Positions 49,766-61,352 are shown, numbered from the stretch's first letter. The stretch: DNA of 64,000 nt from Azolla caroliniana (GCA_043228905.1 JBHGNT010000005.1:15562001-15626000), one strand, 5' to 3'. Program-made: numbers and translations. The notes: a model not told the origin generated them from the sequence alone.

Positions 49766-52507
49766 CGTGGTGCCGCGTGTTCTTGAACTAGGAGTTTGTG
49801 CATGCCTTTACTCGTTTTAATAGTCACTATCTTCTCTCTTTTTTTTTTTCTTTTTTTTTTTTCATTTTTTTTTTCATAACGGTTAGTTACCCCCTATTTT
49901 TACATTATAGTACAATTGGGCCTGTCCCTTTTATGCTGCGGGTTCTCTGGCTTTGTCCCGTTCGGCGGTGAATGGGTTAGGTGGCGTAGGTCCTAGGTAA
50001 GGTTTGAGCCGAAACCCATTAACTTTTTGCCGTACTATTTCTCCAGCCAGTGTTCCTAGTTGGAACGTGCCCTGTTCCACTCCAATTATCCAGTATGGGC
50101 CGGTCCAGTTGAAACGTAGCTTACCCGGCATCTGGCCCATGCGCATTTGAAAAACTAGCACCGCTCGGCCCACGACGAACTCTTTTTCCCTTGTGCTCCG
50201 ATGTCAATCGACAAATGCTTTACGCCGTCGCTGTTCTTCTTCCAACACAGCCATGCTGTGGAAGCGTTTCTCCCCTAGTTCGAGGAGTTGGTAGAGCCGT
50301 TCCTCCTCTGACTTGGCTTCTGATAATCGGTTCCGTACCTGAATGCGCAAACTAAGTACCCGAAATTCGACCGACATCACAGCTTCTAGTCCAAATGCTA
50401 GCCGGAACGGTGTTGACTGTATGCTTGTTTTGTAACTAGTTCTGTACGCCCATAACGCACTCTGGAGTTTGGTATCCCAGTCCGTTCTATTTTCATTGAC
50501 GGTTTTCTTCAAAATGGTCTGTAAAGTTTTGTTCGTGGATTCCGCTAATCCATTCGCCTGCGGGTAGTATGGCGTGCTTTTCTTGTGGACGATTGCGTAA
50601 TGCTGTGTTAGTTCCCGAACCACCATATTGAGGAAGTGGCTCCCTTGGTCACTGATGAGATCAATCAGGCAGCCGAACTGGCACCAGATGTGCTCGTACA
50701 GAAATTTGGCTGTGACGGCCGTCGTATTTTCCCGTAGTGCCTTTGCTTCTACCCATTTGGTACAGTAATCCGTGGCTACCAATATGTATTTGTTGCCCGT
50801 ACGGGCTACTGCTGGTGTGAAGGGCCCCACAAAATCCAATCCCCACTTTTGGAAGGGGTCCAGTGGTAATACGGGTTGGTGTGGCATCCTTGCGTCCTCC
50901 GCGGGTTGACCCATCCGCTAGCACAAATCACACTTTCTACAATACTCTGATGTGTCCTTCTGCGTTGTTGGCCACCATAAGCCCGCCTGCCATATTTTGC
51001 GGGCTGTCACGTTGCCCGCGTAATGGCCGTCGACCGTGCCGCAGTGTGCCTCCCGTAAAACTGCTTCTTTTTCATCCTGACGGACTCCACGTCGCCAAAT
51101 GCCGTCACTTCCTTTGTGATATAAATACCCTTCGACCAGGCAGAAGTGACGGCTTCAGACGGCTAGTCGTTTCTTCTCGTCTATGCGTAATTGTGGTGGA
51201 GGTAGTCCTGTAGTAAAAAAGTACGTCATTTCCATAAGCCATCGTTCCGGAAAGGTGGATTCCGTTTTTTCTGCAAATGTCGCTACTCGCCAGATGTCGG
51301 CGTCCGGAAAATCGTCGTCATCTTTCTGTACTGTTTCTCCATTCTCAAGTCTGCTCAAAAAATCCGCCACTGGGTGTTGCGTCCTTGGCCAGTGCTGAAT
51401 TACGAACTCGAATTCCTGGAGTAGCAGCATCCACCGCGCCAATTTCCCTGTCAGGGCTTGTTTCTCTACCAAATACAATAATGCCGAATGATCCACGTGG
51501 AAAGTGAATTTCCGTCCTAGTAAATAATGTCAGAATTTATTGATGCTATAGATCATCCCTAGCGCCTCCCGCTCTGTTGTGGAATAGTTACGCTCTGCTG
51601 CTGATAATTTACGACTTGCGTAGTATACTGGCCTGTACCAGTTTGGTTCGGTGAGTTGCATTAGCGCGCTTCCTATTGCTATGTCTAAGGCGTCGACGAG
51701 CATGTGGAATGGCTTCGCCCAAACTGGAGGTTGTACTATGGGAGCCTGCGTGAGCATTATCTTAAGTGCCTCATAGGCCTTATCCTCTGTTGCAGTCCAT
51801 TGGAAAGGAGTTCGATGTACGGCAGCGTGTAGTGGCGTGGCGAAGTTCGCCAAATACCGTATCATCCGACTATGCCATCGTATTTGGCCCAGAAACCGGC
51901 TTGTTTGGGTTGACCGCTATTCCTTCCTTGCTGACTATGTGGCCTAGGAGAGTCCCGCTGGTCACGCCGAAGGCACATTTCACGGGATTCAAGCTTAAGC
52001 GTGCGGTGCGGCAACGTTCCAGGCAGAGACGTAAGTGCGAGAAATGGTGTTTTGTTCGCCCATATACCGCAAAATTGTCTAAAAAGACTTGCATGAACGC
52101 CGGAATGTATTTCCCAAAGCTCTCCGTAATCGTTCGTTGGAATGTTGTCGGTGCTGTCTTTAGCCCAAACATCATGACGACCGCCACATATACTCCCCAG
52201 TCCGTGACAAATGCCGTCTTCTCCTGGTCGTTGGGGTGCATGCGTACTTGGTTATAGCCACTGAAGCCATCTAAGAAATTGTACATGTCATGGCCTGCGA
52301 TGACGTCCAGCACGCTATCGGTGAAGGGTAAGGGAAATGCGTTTGTAATGGTTATGGCGTTTAATTTCCGGTAATCCACGCATACCTGTATTTTGCCGTT
52401 TTTCTTTGGGACAACCACTATCAGGCTAAGCCATGTCGCTTGTTTTACTGGCCATATGATCCCAGCCCTGAGCAGCTTGTCAATTTCTTCTTTCACGCGG
52501 GTTGCGT

Positions 52508-55500
52508 TGTCGCGTTGTTACGCGCGTGCGTGGAGAAGGGCGGAACCACGGGGGTCTTGGACTAAGGAGAAGGGGAGAAGGAATAGGACTTCGGAATGGA
52601 GCTTAGCACAAGAAGAGAAAGAATGAACAAGAGGAAGATGGAGGCCAAATGCTCAACAAGATATATTAGAACCGAAAACCGATTACAAAATGGCGGCCGC
52701 GTAGGCCGCACCAAACGACTATGATAAACCCGAAACCCTAATCCGACGAAGAGGAAAAGAAACCCTAACCCTAAAACGAAATGGTATACCTCACTCACAC
52801 TCAAAAATAAGGCAACCCCCACAATGGTGCTCTTCCTCTCCTTTTATAGCACAAGGAGAGAAGACCGTTTTCAAAAAGGGTGCTACAAAATATCCCCTTT
52901 TCAATCAATGGAGATATTTCCCTTGATTTTAGGGGAGGTGGGAAGGATGGGTCTTAACTCCCACCTCTACACGAACTACTATGTACCTATCTCTCTCTCT
53001 CACGTGGATGTGCACGCAAAAGCACATCACCTTTACACTTTACAAATCCTAAGGTGCATTTCTAGCACCATACTTATCACTATCGGTAAATAGAAATACA
53101 ACATGTTGATGTGCAACGTTGCACATCGCGGGTTTGCTTGCTTCGCTCGGTTTTCCGCCTATGGACGAAAATCTTCACGACATCCGCCCCCACCTAACCG
53201 CACATCCACCGGTATGTGCCAAAAGGGGAACAAAACGCGAGATTTTCGGCCAAGGCGGCCAACCGAGCCCTTGACAACCTCGTGGGCTTGCCCGGCTTTG
53301 TCTTCCACTTTGAGCAAGGCCACCCCGTCGACACAAACCACCGTCGCCTTCCGGCCCACCATCTTCGTCGAATGGTCTCGAACCGTCGGCCCCATCCGAT
53401 CCGCCACACTCGACGACGTTCGCCGAGTCGTTGCCTCCACCCGATCCGCCACACTTGACGACGTTCGCCGAGTAGTTGCCTCCACCCGATCCGCCACGTC
53501 CACCGTGTTTCCTCGAACCACCGTCTACATCCGGACCGCCATTTCCGATGCCCGCGTTTTCTTCCCCGATCGGTCCTCCCGAACGCCGTTGCCGACCCTT
53601 TGTCCGCCTCGTATATCCTCCGGATCCGCCTTTTTCGTGCCGCGCACCTCATCGTGCCGACTCTTCTCGCTCCGCGCTTGCCTTCCGTGGGCTTTCCTCG
53701 TACGTCGGTGTCGTCCTCCGAATGCGTGCTCGTGCTTCGGTCCTTCGATGACCCCATCACGCATTTTTCGCCTTCCCTTTGCTTGCCGTGCTCTCTCGCC
53801 GTAGAGCATACCATCGTTCCCGTGCTCGTTGCTTGGCCCTCATGCGGCCGCATTGCACGTTTCGCATTCCGCTCCTCTTCGCGTACCCTTTCGGAAAGGT
53901 ACCCTTCTTCCCCGACCTCCGTTTCGCTCGGAGGAACACCCTCTTGGCCCTCTTGGCCCGCTCGACCGTACACATCCTTCGTGATGTCGTGTTCGTTCTT
54001 TCGGGGGCATACATCTTCGTTCTCCGCGACCTCCCGTATGCCTCTCTCGGTGCCTTCATCCGTTGTGGCCTTCGTCCCCTCGCCGCCACCGTCCGCCACT
54101 CTTGGTCTCACGTCGGCACTCGCGCCGACCGCCGGAGTCTCTATAGCCGGTGTAGAGGATCCCTCTCGGGCCTTATCTTCGTGGCCGCCGGTCTTAGCCT
54201 CTCCGTAGGCCACCTCTTCCCACCAATCTTCCCTAGCATCGTGCCAGGTCTCGTCGTCGCCGCCTTCCTCCTCGTATTCGCCTCTCGAAGGCGTGATCCG
54301 ACCGTCATCTTCGGTCGCACGATGTGGCTCCTTCGTAGGCATGCATGTGTCTTGGCCCTCCATCGGCCGTATTGCATGCATCTCGTCTCGCTCTTCCGCC
54401 GTAGACCCGACCTCCGTGTCGGTCTTCTCCTCCTTTGTCGCCGTAGCCCATTCCGACACGGGCTCGCCGTCTTGGACCCACCCGTCCACCATCTCGTACC
54501 GGATATCCGTTCCGGCAACCTCGTACGCTCCGGCCTCCGACTCCTCGCCGCCACCCGCCGTTTCTCCGGTCTTATGTTGATCCGCAACCGCCGTAGTCTC
54601 TAGAGTGGGTATGGAGGGTCTCGTTTGTTTCCGTTTTTCCCCCGAACCATGGTCGTCGTGCCCGGTTAGCCTCCATCTCGCGCTTACCGGCTCCCATCGT
54701 AACCGTAACCGTAACCGTAACCGTAACCGGCCAATCGGTCTCGCCGGCTTCCTTCGGTTTGGGCCCGGTTCGCCGGCCCTTACTCTCTTCTTCTTCCGTG
54801 CCGTATTCCGGTCGGGTCGGTTCCCGACTCTCTCCTCGTTTCCGCTCCGGTCCTCTCCGTCGGACCCACCGTATACGCCCATTCCGGGCCCCGCGTACTC
54901 GTCTTCGTATGCGCTCTCTCCGGGCCTCACCTCCTCACGGTCACCGCCCATCTCTCCGGTCTCACGTTGGCATTTGAGCACAACCGCCGAAGTCTCCGGC
55001 CCCGGTGTCAAGGGGTCTTGCCTCCGTCCGCTCCAATCTTCCTTCTCGTTTTCGTTGCCCACCTTGCCGCCGTCACCTCCCGTCGCACTAAGCCTCATGC
55101 CGGCACTCGGGCCGGCCATTGGAGCCTCTAGGATTGGTGTGGGTAAGGACCCGGCACCGCCGCTTGTTGTCTCCGTAGCCGCTTTCGTTCGGACGTCGTT
55201 GTCCGCGGCTCCCCCATCTCCGATTCCGTAAGCCTCTAGTATGCTTGCCACCACCTCTTCTTCGCCGTTCTCCGCATCATTTTGTTTGCCCGCCTTGCCG
55301 CCGCCACCGCCCGTCGTTCTAGGTCTCGTGCCGGCACTCGGGCCGACCGCCGAAGCCTCTAGGGCCGGTGTGTGGAAGGTCGCGGCACCACCGCTCGCCT
55401 CCTCTCCGCTCGATGTTTTGGGCCGCCGTGCCCCGAATCTTCCGCCCACTTTCGAAGTGGCGCTCTCCGCTTTGTAGTCACCGGCCTCATCCTTGGCCGT

Positions 55501-57984
55501 CCATTCGCCGCAAGACGAGAGGGTTGCTCGCTCCGCACCCTCTCCCATGTCGTCGTCGTTTCGGTTGCCCGCCTTGCCGCCGCCACCGTCCGTCACTCTA
55601 GGCCTCTCGCCGGCTCTCGGGCCGGGTGCCGGAGTCTCTAGGACCGGTGTGTGGAAGGTCGCGACACCACCACTCCTCTCGTTCGTAGCCACCTCCATTC
55701 GGACATCGTCGTCCGTGGCTACCCCGTCTTCGGTTTCGCAAGCATCGAGTATGCTTGCCGCCGCCTCTTCTTCGCCGGACTCGTCCTTATCTCGGTTGTC
55801 CGCCTTGCCGCCGCCACCGTCCGTAGCTCTAGGTCTCGTGCCGGCACTCGGGCCGACCACCGAAGCCTCTAGGGCCGGTGTGTGGAAGGTCGCGACACCG
55901 ACGCTCGTCTCCTCTTCCTCCTCCATTTCGCAAGCCTCGAGTATGCTCGCGAAATCCTCGTAGAACGTTTCGGGCAACCGCGTCCCGAAACTTCCGCCCA
56001 CTCTCGAAGTGGCATCCATCGCTCCGTAGATATCGGCCTCGTCCATGGCCGTTCTTTTTCCCCGAGATGAGACGGTCGCTTGCCCCGCACCTTCTCTCGT
56101 GTCGACACCGCGGTCGCCCGCCTTGCCACCGCCACCGCCTTTCACCATAGGTCTTACGCGGGCACTCGGGCCGGCTGCCGGGGTCTCTTGAACCGGTGCG
56201 TGGAAGGTTGCGGTACCGCCGCTTGTCTCCTCCGTACTCGATGATTCGGGCCACCATGTCCCGAATCCGCCATGTCCGCTCGAATCGGCGATCGCCGCCT
56301 CACCGTCCCCGACCTCGTCCTCGGTCGTTCTTTTCCCCCATGTCGAGAGGGCGGCTCGCTCCGCACCCTCTCCTGTGGTACCGATGTACCATTCTCTTTC
56401 GGCCTCCGCATAGGCCCCGTCCTCCATGTGTGAGGAAGCTCCTTCCTCCGCGTCCTCCGATCCGCTCGGGCCCGACCCCGCAATAAGCCATTCTTCGGCT
56501 TCGATTTTCGCCATTACGAGCCCGCACGCCTCCCATACCAACGCCTCGAAGTCGTACTCCTCCGGTTGGTCGTGCATCGAGCTCTCTTCCGGCGGTGGTG
56601 TGTAGCCGCCCACCGCCCTCTCTTCTCCGCCGCTCGCGGGTCGTGTTGTGGCCGACCACCTCTTATCATGTTGTCGGCACACCCGTTCTACTTCGGGCCA
56701 CTCCTCGGTGAGACCATGCGCCCCATAATCGTCTTGAAGCTCGATCATGATGTCCATCCTCTCCTCATGATGGACCGTCTTCAAAAATAGGAGGACTTTG
56801 TCCGCCCCCACCGATCTTCGTTCCCACTCCGAGAGTTGAGAGAAACGACGCTCGAACTCTCGGAATGCCTTTATTGCGCTCCGATGGCGCCTCGCCGACG
56901 CCACCCACCGATCGAATTCTCGCCGACCTCTTACCTCCGATTCCGCGCACCCGTATGCCTCCATTAGAGCCCCTTCAAAGGACTCCCACGATTCGTGAGC
57001 TTCTTGGAGCTCCTTGACCTCCTCGTACTTTGATGCGGCCGCCGCTCGACGAAAGAACTCTAGCCTCGTCGCTTCGTCCACGCCCATCCCCGTCATTTCC
57101 GCATCGTAGGCTCTCAAAAATTTTGGGACCTCCTTCCCATCGAACCGGCCGACTAGACGGACCACCCTTTCGACCGCTTGTTGAGCCGCCTCTCGCCTCG
57201 CCCTCTTCCGTCCGGCGTCCATCAAGATCTTTGCCAACATCTCCTCGGAGTCGAAGCCTTCTTCCATCTCTTTCTCCCTTGCCGCCTTTCACGTCGGGTT
57301 CACCAAAGATGTCGCGTTGTTACGCGCGTGCGTGGAGAAGGGCGGAACCACGGGGGTCTTGGACTAAGGAGAAGGGGAGAAGGAATAGGACTTCGGAATG
57401 GAGCTTAGCACAAGAAGAGAAAGAATGAACAAGAGGAAGATGGAGGCCAAATGCTCAACAAGATATATTAGAACCGAAAACCGATTACAAAATGGCGGCC
57501 GCGTAGGCCGCACCAAACGACTATGATAAACCCGAAACCCTAATCCGACGAAGAGGAAAAGAAACCCTAACCCTAAAACGAAATGGTATACCTCACTCAC
57601 ACTCAAAAATAAGGCAACCCCCACAATGGTGCTCTTCCTCTCCTTTTATAGCACAAGGAGAGAAGACCGTTTTCAAAAAGGGTGCTACAAAATATCCCCT
57701 TTTCAATCAATGGAGATATTTCCCTTGATTTTAGGGGAGGTGGGAAGGATGGGTCTTAACTCCCACCTCTACACGAACTACTATGTACCTATCTCTCTCT
57801 CTCACGTGGATGTGCACGCAAAAGCACATCACCTTTACACTTTACAAATCCTAAGGTGCATTTCTAGCACCATACTTATCACTATCGGTAAATAGAAATA
57901 CAACATGTTGATGTGCAACGTTGCACATCGCGGGTTTGCTTGCTTCGCTCGGTTTTCCGCCTATGGACGAAAATCTTCACGACA
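52508..57984 (-). mobile_element. Very young non-autonomous gag-only gypsy (TR-GAG-like); 675-bp LTRs 57310-57984 (5') and 52508-53182 (3'), tRNA-Trp PBS 57288-57305, PPT 53183-53199, 4-bp TSD GCGT
   Basis: The LTRs are identical by eye and in the ORF track. GCGT at 52504-52507 and 57985-57988. Excising the element with one GCGT restores the host RT frame MNPNYA-TRVKEEIDKLL. Confidence 0.95.
53194..57267 (-). CDS. 1357-aa intact ORF: Gag-like N-terminus (about 200 aa) plus long acidic Gly/Ala/Thr-rich repeat region and Arg/Trp-rich tail; no PR, RT, RH or INT
   Basis: RFDGKEVPKFLRAYDAEM...SWESFEGALMEAY resembles the gypsy capsid N-terminus. The unit GGxATFHTPxLExxxxGPSAGxRPRxTxGGGGKAG is repeated. 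The ORF fills the whole internal region from about 20 nt after the PBS to the PPT. Confidence 0.8.
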   Translation of the reverse strand: MEEGFDSEEMLAKILMDAGRKRARREAAQQAVERVVRLVGRFDGKEVPKFLRAYDAEMTGMGVDEATRLEFFRRAAAASKYEEVKELQEAHESWESFEGALMEAYGCAESEVRGRREFDRWVASARRHRSAIKAFREFERRFSQLSEWERRSVGADKVLLFLKTVHHEERMDIMIELQDDYGAHGLTEEWPEVERVCRQHDKRWSATTRPASGGEERAVGGYTPPPEESSMHDQPEEYDFEALVWEACGLVMAKIEAEEWLIAGSGPSGSEDAEEGASSHMEDGAYAEAEREWYIGTTGEGAERAALSTWGKRTTEDEVGDGEAAIADSSGHGGFGTWWPESSSTEETSGGTATFHAPVQETPAAGPSARVRPMVKGGGGGKAGDRGVDTREGAGQATVSSRGKRTAMDEADIYGAMDATSRVGGSFGTRLPETFYEDFASILEACEMEEEEETSVGVATFHTPALEASVVGPSAGTRPRATDGGGGKADNRDKDESGEEEAAASILDACETEDGVATDDDVRMEVATNERSGGVATFHTPVLETPAPGPRAGERPRVTDGGGGKAGNRNDDDMGEGAERATLSSCGEWTAKDEAGDYKAESATSKVGGRFGARRPKTSSGEEASGGAATFHTPALEASAVGPSAGTRPRTTGGGGGKAGKQNDAENGEEEVVASILEAYGIGDGGAADNDVRTKAATETTSGGAGSLPTPILEAPMAGPSAGMRLSATGGDGGKVGNENEKEDWSGRRQDPLTPGPETSAVVLKCQRETGEMGGDREEVRPGESAYEDEYAGPGMGVYGGSDGEDRSGNEERVGNRPDRNTARKKKRVRAGEPGPNRRKPARPIGRLRLRLRLRLRWEPVSARWRLTGHDDHGSGEKRKQTRPSIPTLETTAVADQHKTGETAGGGEESEAGAYEVAGTDIRYEMVDGWVQDGEPVSEWATATKEEKTDTEVGSTAEERDEMHAIRPMEGQDTCMPTKEPHRATEDDGRITPSRGEYEEEGGDDETWHDAREDWWEEVAYGEAKTGGHEDKAREGSSTPAIETPAVGASADVRPRVADGGGEGTKATTDEGTERGIREVAENEDVCPRKNEHDITKDVYGRAGQEGQEGVPPSETEVGEEGYLSERVREEERNAKRAMRPHEGQATSTGTMVCSTAREHGKQREGEKCVMGSSKDRSTSTHSEDDTDVRGKPTEGKRGARRVGTMRCAARKRRIRRIYEADKGSATAFGRTDRGRKRGHRKWRSGCRRWFEETRWTWRIGWRQLLGERRQVWRIGWRQRLGERRRVWRIGWGRRFETIRRRWWAGRRRWFVSTGWPCSKWKTKPGKPTRLSRARLAALAENLAFCSPFGTYRWMCG

Positions 57985-60811
57985 GCGTAATTGGGGTTCA
58001 TGCGGTAGCGACGCTGCTGGACAGGTTTCGCGTCCGTTGCTAAATTGATCTTATGTTGATTGAACTTGGGATCTAACCCCTTCATGTCCTCATGAGCCCA
58101 CGCGAACACATCTTTATATTCCGTTAGTAGTGTGATCATTGTGGTTCTCTGTTCCGGCCTCAATTCTTTTGCTATGGAGAGGAACTGGGGTTCCGATCCC
58201 GTACCCACATTTACTTCGTCGAGAGCGGAAGCGGTGACCCGTCGTGAAATCTCCATTTCCCTTTTGAAGGCTGCCCGCGCTCTGCTGAGTTCCAATATGG
58301 ACTCTGGGTTTGGTTCGTACGGCTCTTCGCTCGGAACGATGGCCGTAGTATATTCTGCCGCAGTTGCGATGACATCTATCTCGAACAACGGAATAATCCG
58401 AGGATGTTCGTCAAGGTACGCTTCCAATTCAGCATCCTCCACCCCAACCAACATATTCATGTCTTCCGCATACAACGGTGTTATCCCCTTAGGTTGGGGC
58501 GTATTGCCTTCCGTAGGAACACGAACCTTGATGCGTCCCTACCGGAAACTGATACACTCGTGTTGCCAGCTCTACTTGATATTTGTTGTCCGAAGCCATG
58601 GTCTGCCCAGAAGCACTGGGTACGCTCCTGGCGCGTCCAAAGCGAGGACGACCGCTGATATGTCGAAGTGGTGTCCGCCCACGATGATGCCTATTTTGCG
58701 AATTAGCCCCAACGGTCGCACTGATCGGGTATCTGCCATGCGAAGCCAGAATGGACACGCCTCCCATTCGGAAATGCCCAATTGTTCGCAAGTTTTCGCG
58801 CTAATCACATTGACGCCTGAGCCGCCGTCGATTACGCATCCAGGGACTTCCTGTCCGTGCAATATTACTGTAATGGCCGGGTTGTGCTGATCCACCACTA
58901 GTGGTCCCTTGCTGACGTCAGTCAGGTTTGTGGCAATGCTCGCCCCGGTCATGCCCGCCACCTGTGCTTCCATGGTCTGGCGGAAACATGGAACTAGCTG
59001 TAGTAGTTTGTCGGGACGTACACGGTGGCTGCTGTTGATCCCATCGTTGTTCCTGGTGCCGCTCATCCCCTGAGCTTTCGTCGTAACGCCGGTGATCCCT
59101 ATATTGTCGAGGCTTACCCCGATAGCCATTGAAGCCGCCCCGTTTGTTTATCGGGCGTTGATGTTCGTATCGCCGACCCCCTTTGGCGTAACTCGGATGT
59201 CCACGATAATCCTCGTCCTCCGGGTTCTCCTCCTCGAACTCGTTGTGATTCCGGCGATTCCGGTTGTACCTGTCCTCCCGCGGGTTGCGATCCTTATACC
59301 GGGGTCAGTCTTCTTGCCTCCTTTGTTCCGCCCGATGTGGTTGCCGCTGTGTGTCCATGCTGCGGACCACGGGCGTCCCTCTGTTTAACATATTGTACTC
59401 GCATTGGTCGACTGTGTGAACCTTCAAGTGGAAGATTGGGCAGTGGATTCGCATATTGCACTCCACCGCGGAATGCCCCGAGTTCAAGCAAATCGTGCAC
59501 TGGATTGCCTGACGAAATTGGTGTTCCTCATCCTGAGGTCATGCTTGTCGTAAGGATGACATCGAAAACCTCTCCTCCTCGTCATCCAATTCGAGCTGTA
59601 ACGCTCGTTCAATCACCATATCCTCCATTTCCCCTTTCACGCTATTGCTGTTGAGCGTTGCCCAGATGGGCCGGCATAACGTTGCCAGAAATGTCTCCCG
59701 AGCCTCCTCCTCCACAGGGCTTCGATCCAGTTTCCATCGTAAATTTTGGAACCGTAAGCTGAAGTCTGCTATTGTCTCGGTCGGTAGTTGCTTAATTGTA
59801 TAAAACTGCCTGAGAATCTCGCGTTGTGGAACCCTCCGGTGGAAAAAACGCAAGAAGGCGGACTGCAGCTGATCGAAGGTTGTTATGGCTGGTAAATCCA
59901 TCTATGAATGCCAGAACGCCGCATGCCCATCTAATGTTAATCCAAACTCCATCATTTTCGACTGGTGTGCCATCGTCTCGGAAAGGTTCTGTACCATGTG
60001 GTTCGCATTCCAAACGTTTAAGAACATGCGAATATGAGTTGCGGCGTCGGTTTCGCCGTTAAAGCGGGGGTAGGCAAAGGCCATCGTGGGAGCTACGGCG
60101 GATCGGAAAAGGTCACCGGGTGGTTGCGGTAAGCGTGGTCCCCTCGCCTCGTCGAGGTATTTGGGGAGCAAGGAATCCCCTTTGCACTCTTGGCAGGTAT
60201 TACTGGGGTCGTCGATGCACGGCTTTTGCCGGGCGCGTTCTTCTGCCTGGCGTGCGATGGACCTTGTTATTGGTCGGTCTTGTCTTGTTGGTTCTCTGGG
60301 TCGTCTACGGCTAAACATCCATTCGTTGTTGCTCGTCTGTGAGGAAACACAGATCACCAAACGTGCCAAAAGTGTTGCCTCTTAGGAACACGGTCCGTGG
60401 TTAGTCCTTCGACCTAGACCCCAAGGTGGGTGGGAACAACGAACAGAGCTTAAGCGTACTGCGTAAGGAGAGAACCGCTGTGGTTCCTCCGTGTGTAAGG
60501 GGAGACGACTACAACCGACTCCTTATCACAGGTTGTGCTTACGTACTACTACGCTTACGTATCCGAGACACAGACATTGAATTAGCCGTAGCTATACACA
60601 GAAACTCAGAGAAGATAGTATTCTATTATCAGGCGTTCTTTTACAATTCTCAAAATTTACACGCACCTCCTTAAGAGGTTTTCTGCCCTTATATATGCAG
60701 GGTCTAATTAGCCATTCAGGCTTCCCCGCGTGAACCGTTACATACGTTACGCTTTATATAGTTTCTTATTCCTACTCTTTTGGCCGTCGGTTACTATTTC
60801 GGCGGACAACA

Positions 60812-61243
60812 GCCGAATGAGCAACTGAGTCGAATGAACTAGTCGGATGAAGAGTCGGCGAGTAGTGGAGACTCAACCGTGCAGTCCTTGCATTAGAAAT
60901 CAAGGAGATAGTTTATGCGCAAGGAGAAGGGGAAGATGAAGATGTCAGAATACGGCAGTGAGGCCGACACATCGGATCGAAGCAAATTTGATGTGGCCAT
61001 GAGCAATGAGGGACCTCCGAACACGAGGTCAAAGTCGGCCGAGAGGGCCACGTAATCGGCGAACCAGAAGTTACGTTGATCTACCCGCCAGAAGAATCTC
61101 ATTATTTGGTACAGGTATAATGAGTATATGGCGCATCATTATGCATATATGGAGAAAGTGGCAAATGTGCGTGAGCCGGAGAGCTATGAAGAAGCGGCGA
61201 GAGATGCGAATTGGCGTGCCACTATGGAGGATGAGATGCGCGT
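60812..61243 (+). mobile_element. Continuation of the split copia (INT-RT linker)
   Basis: EPESYEEAARDANWRATMEDEM is the copia pre-RT motif; it is interrupted at 61244 by the next gypsy. Confidence 0.8.
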
Positions 61244-61318
61244 TGTCGCGTCGTTACGCGCGTGCGTGGAGAACAAGGTGGGACCACAGGGGTCTTGGAC
61301 CGAGGAATAGGTGAGAAA

Positions 61319-61352
<34 letters not shown>

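Larger units (their letters stand above)
46418..60811 (-). mobile_element. Athila/Tat-like non-chromovirus gypsy; LTRs 60373-60811 (5') and 46418-46857 (3'), TSD GCCGA; gag-pol pseudogene plus 3' extra ORF region
   Basis: GCCGA at 46413-46417 and 60812-60816; TGTTG...CAACA LTRs of about 440 bp. Gag YPRFNGETDAATHI, protease VIDGGSGVNVI, RT FLDGFSGYNQ and [36 protein letters not shown] and [10 protein letters not shown]. The DFPD...W spacer is Athila-like; no chromodomain was seen. Confidence 0.93.

Noticed and set aside
55000-56230. CRISPR-like repeat-spacer array
   Set aside because: The repeats are long, degenerate, in-frame coding modules with related inter-repeat sequence; the context is eukaryotic and there are no cas genes.
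53103-57428. Many plus-strand ORFs opposite the 1357-aa ORF
   Set aside because: They are GC-rich antisense shadows with Ser/Pro-rich composition.
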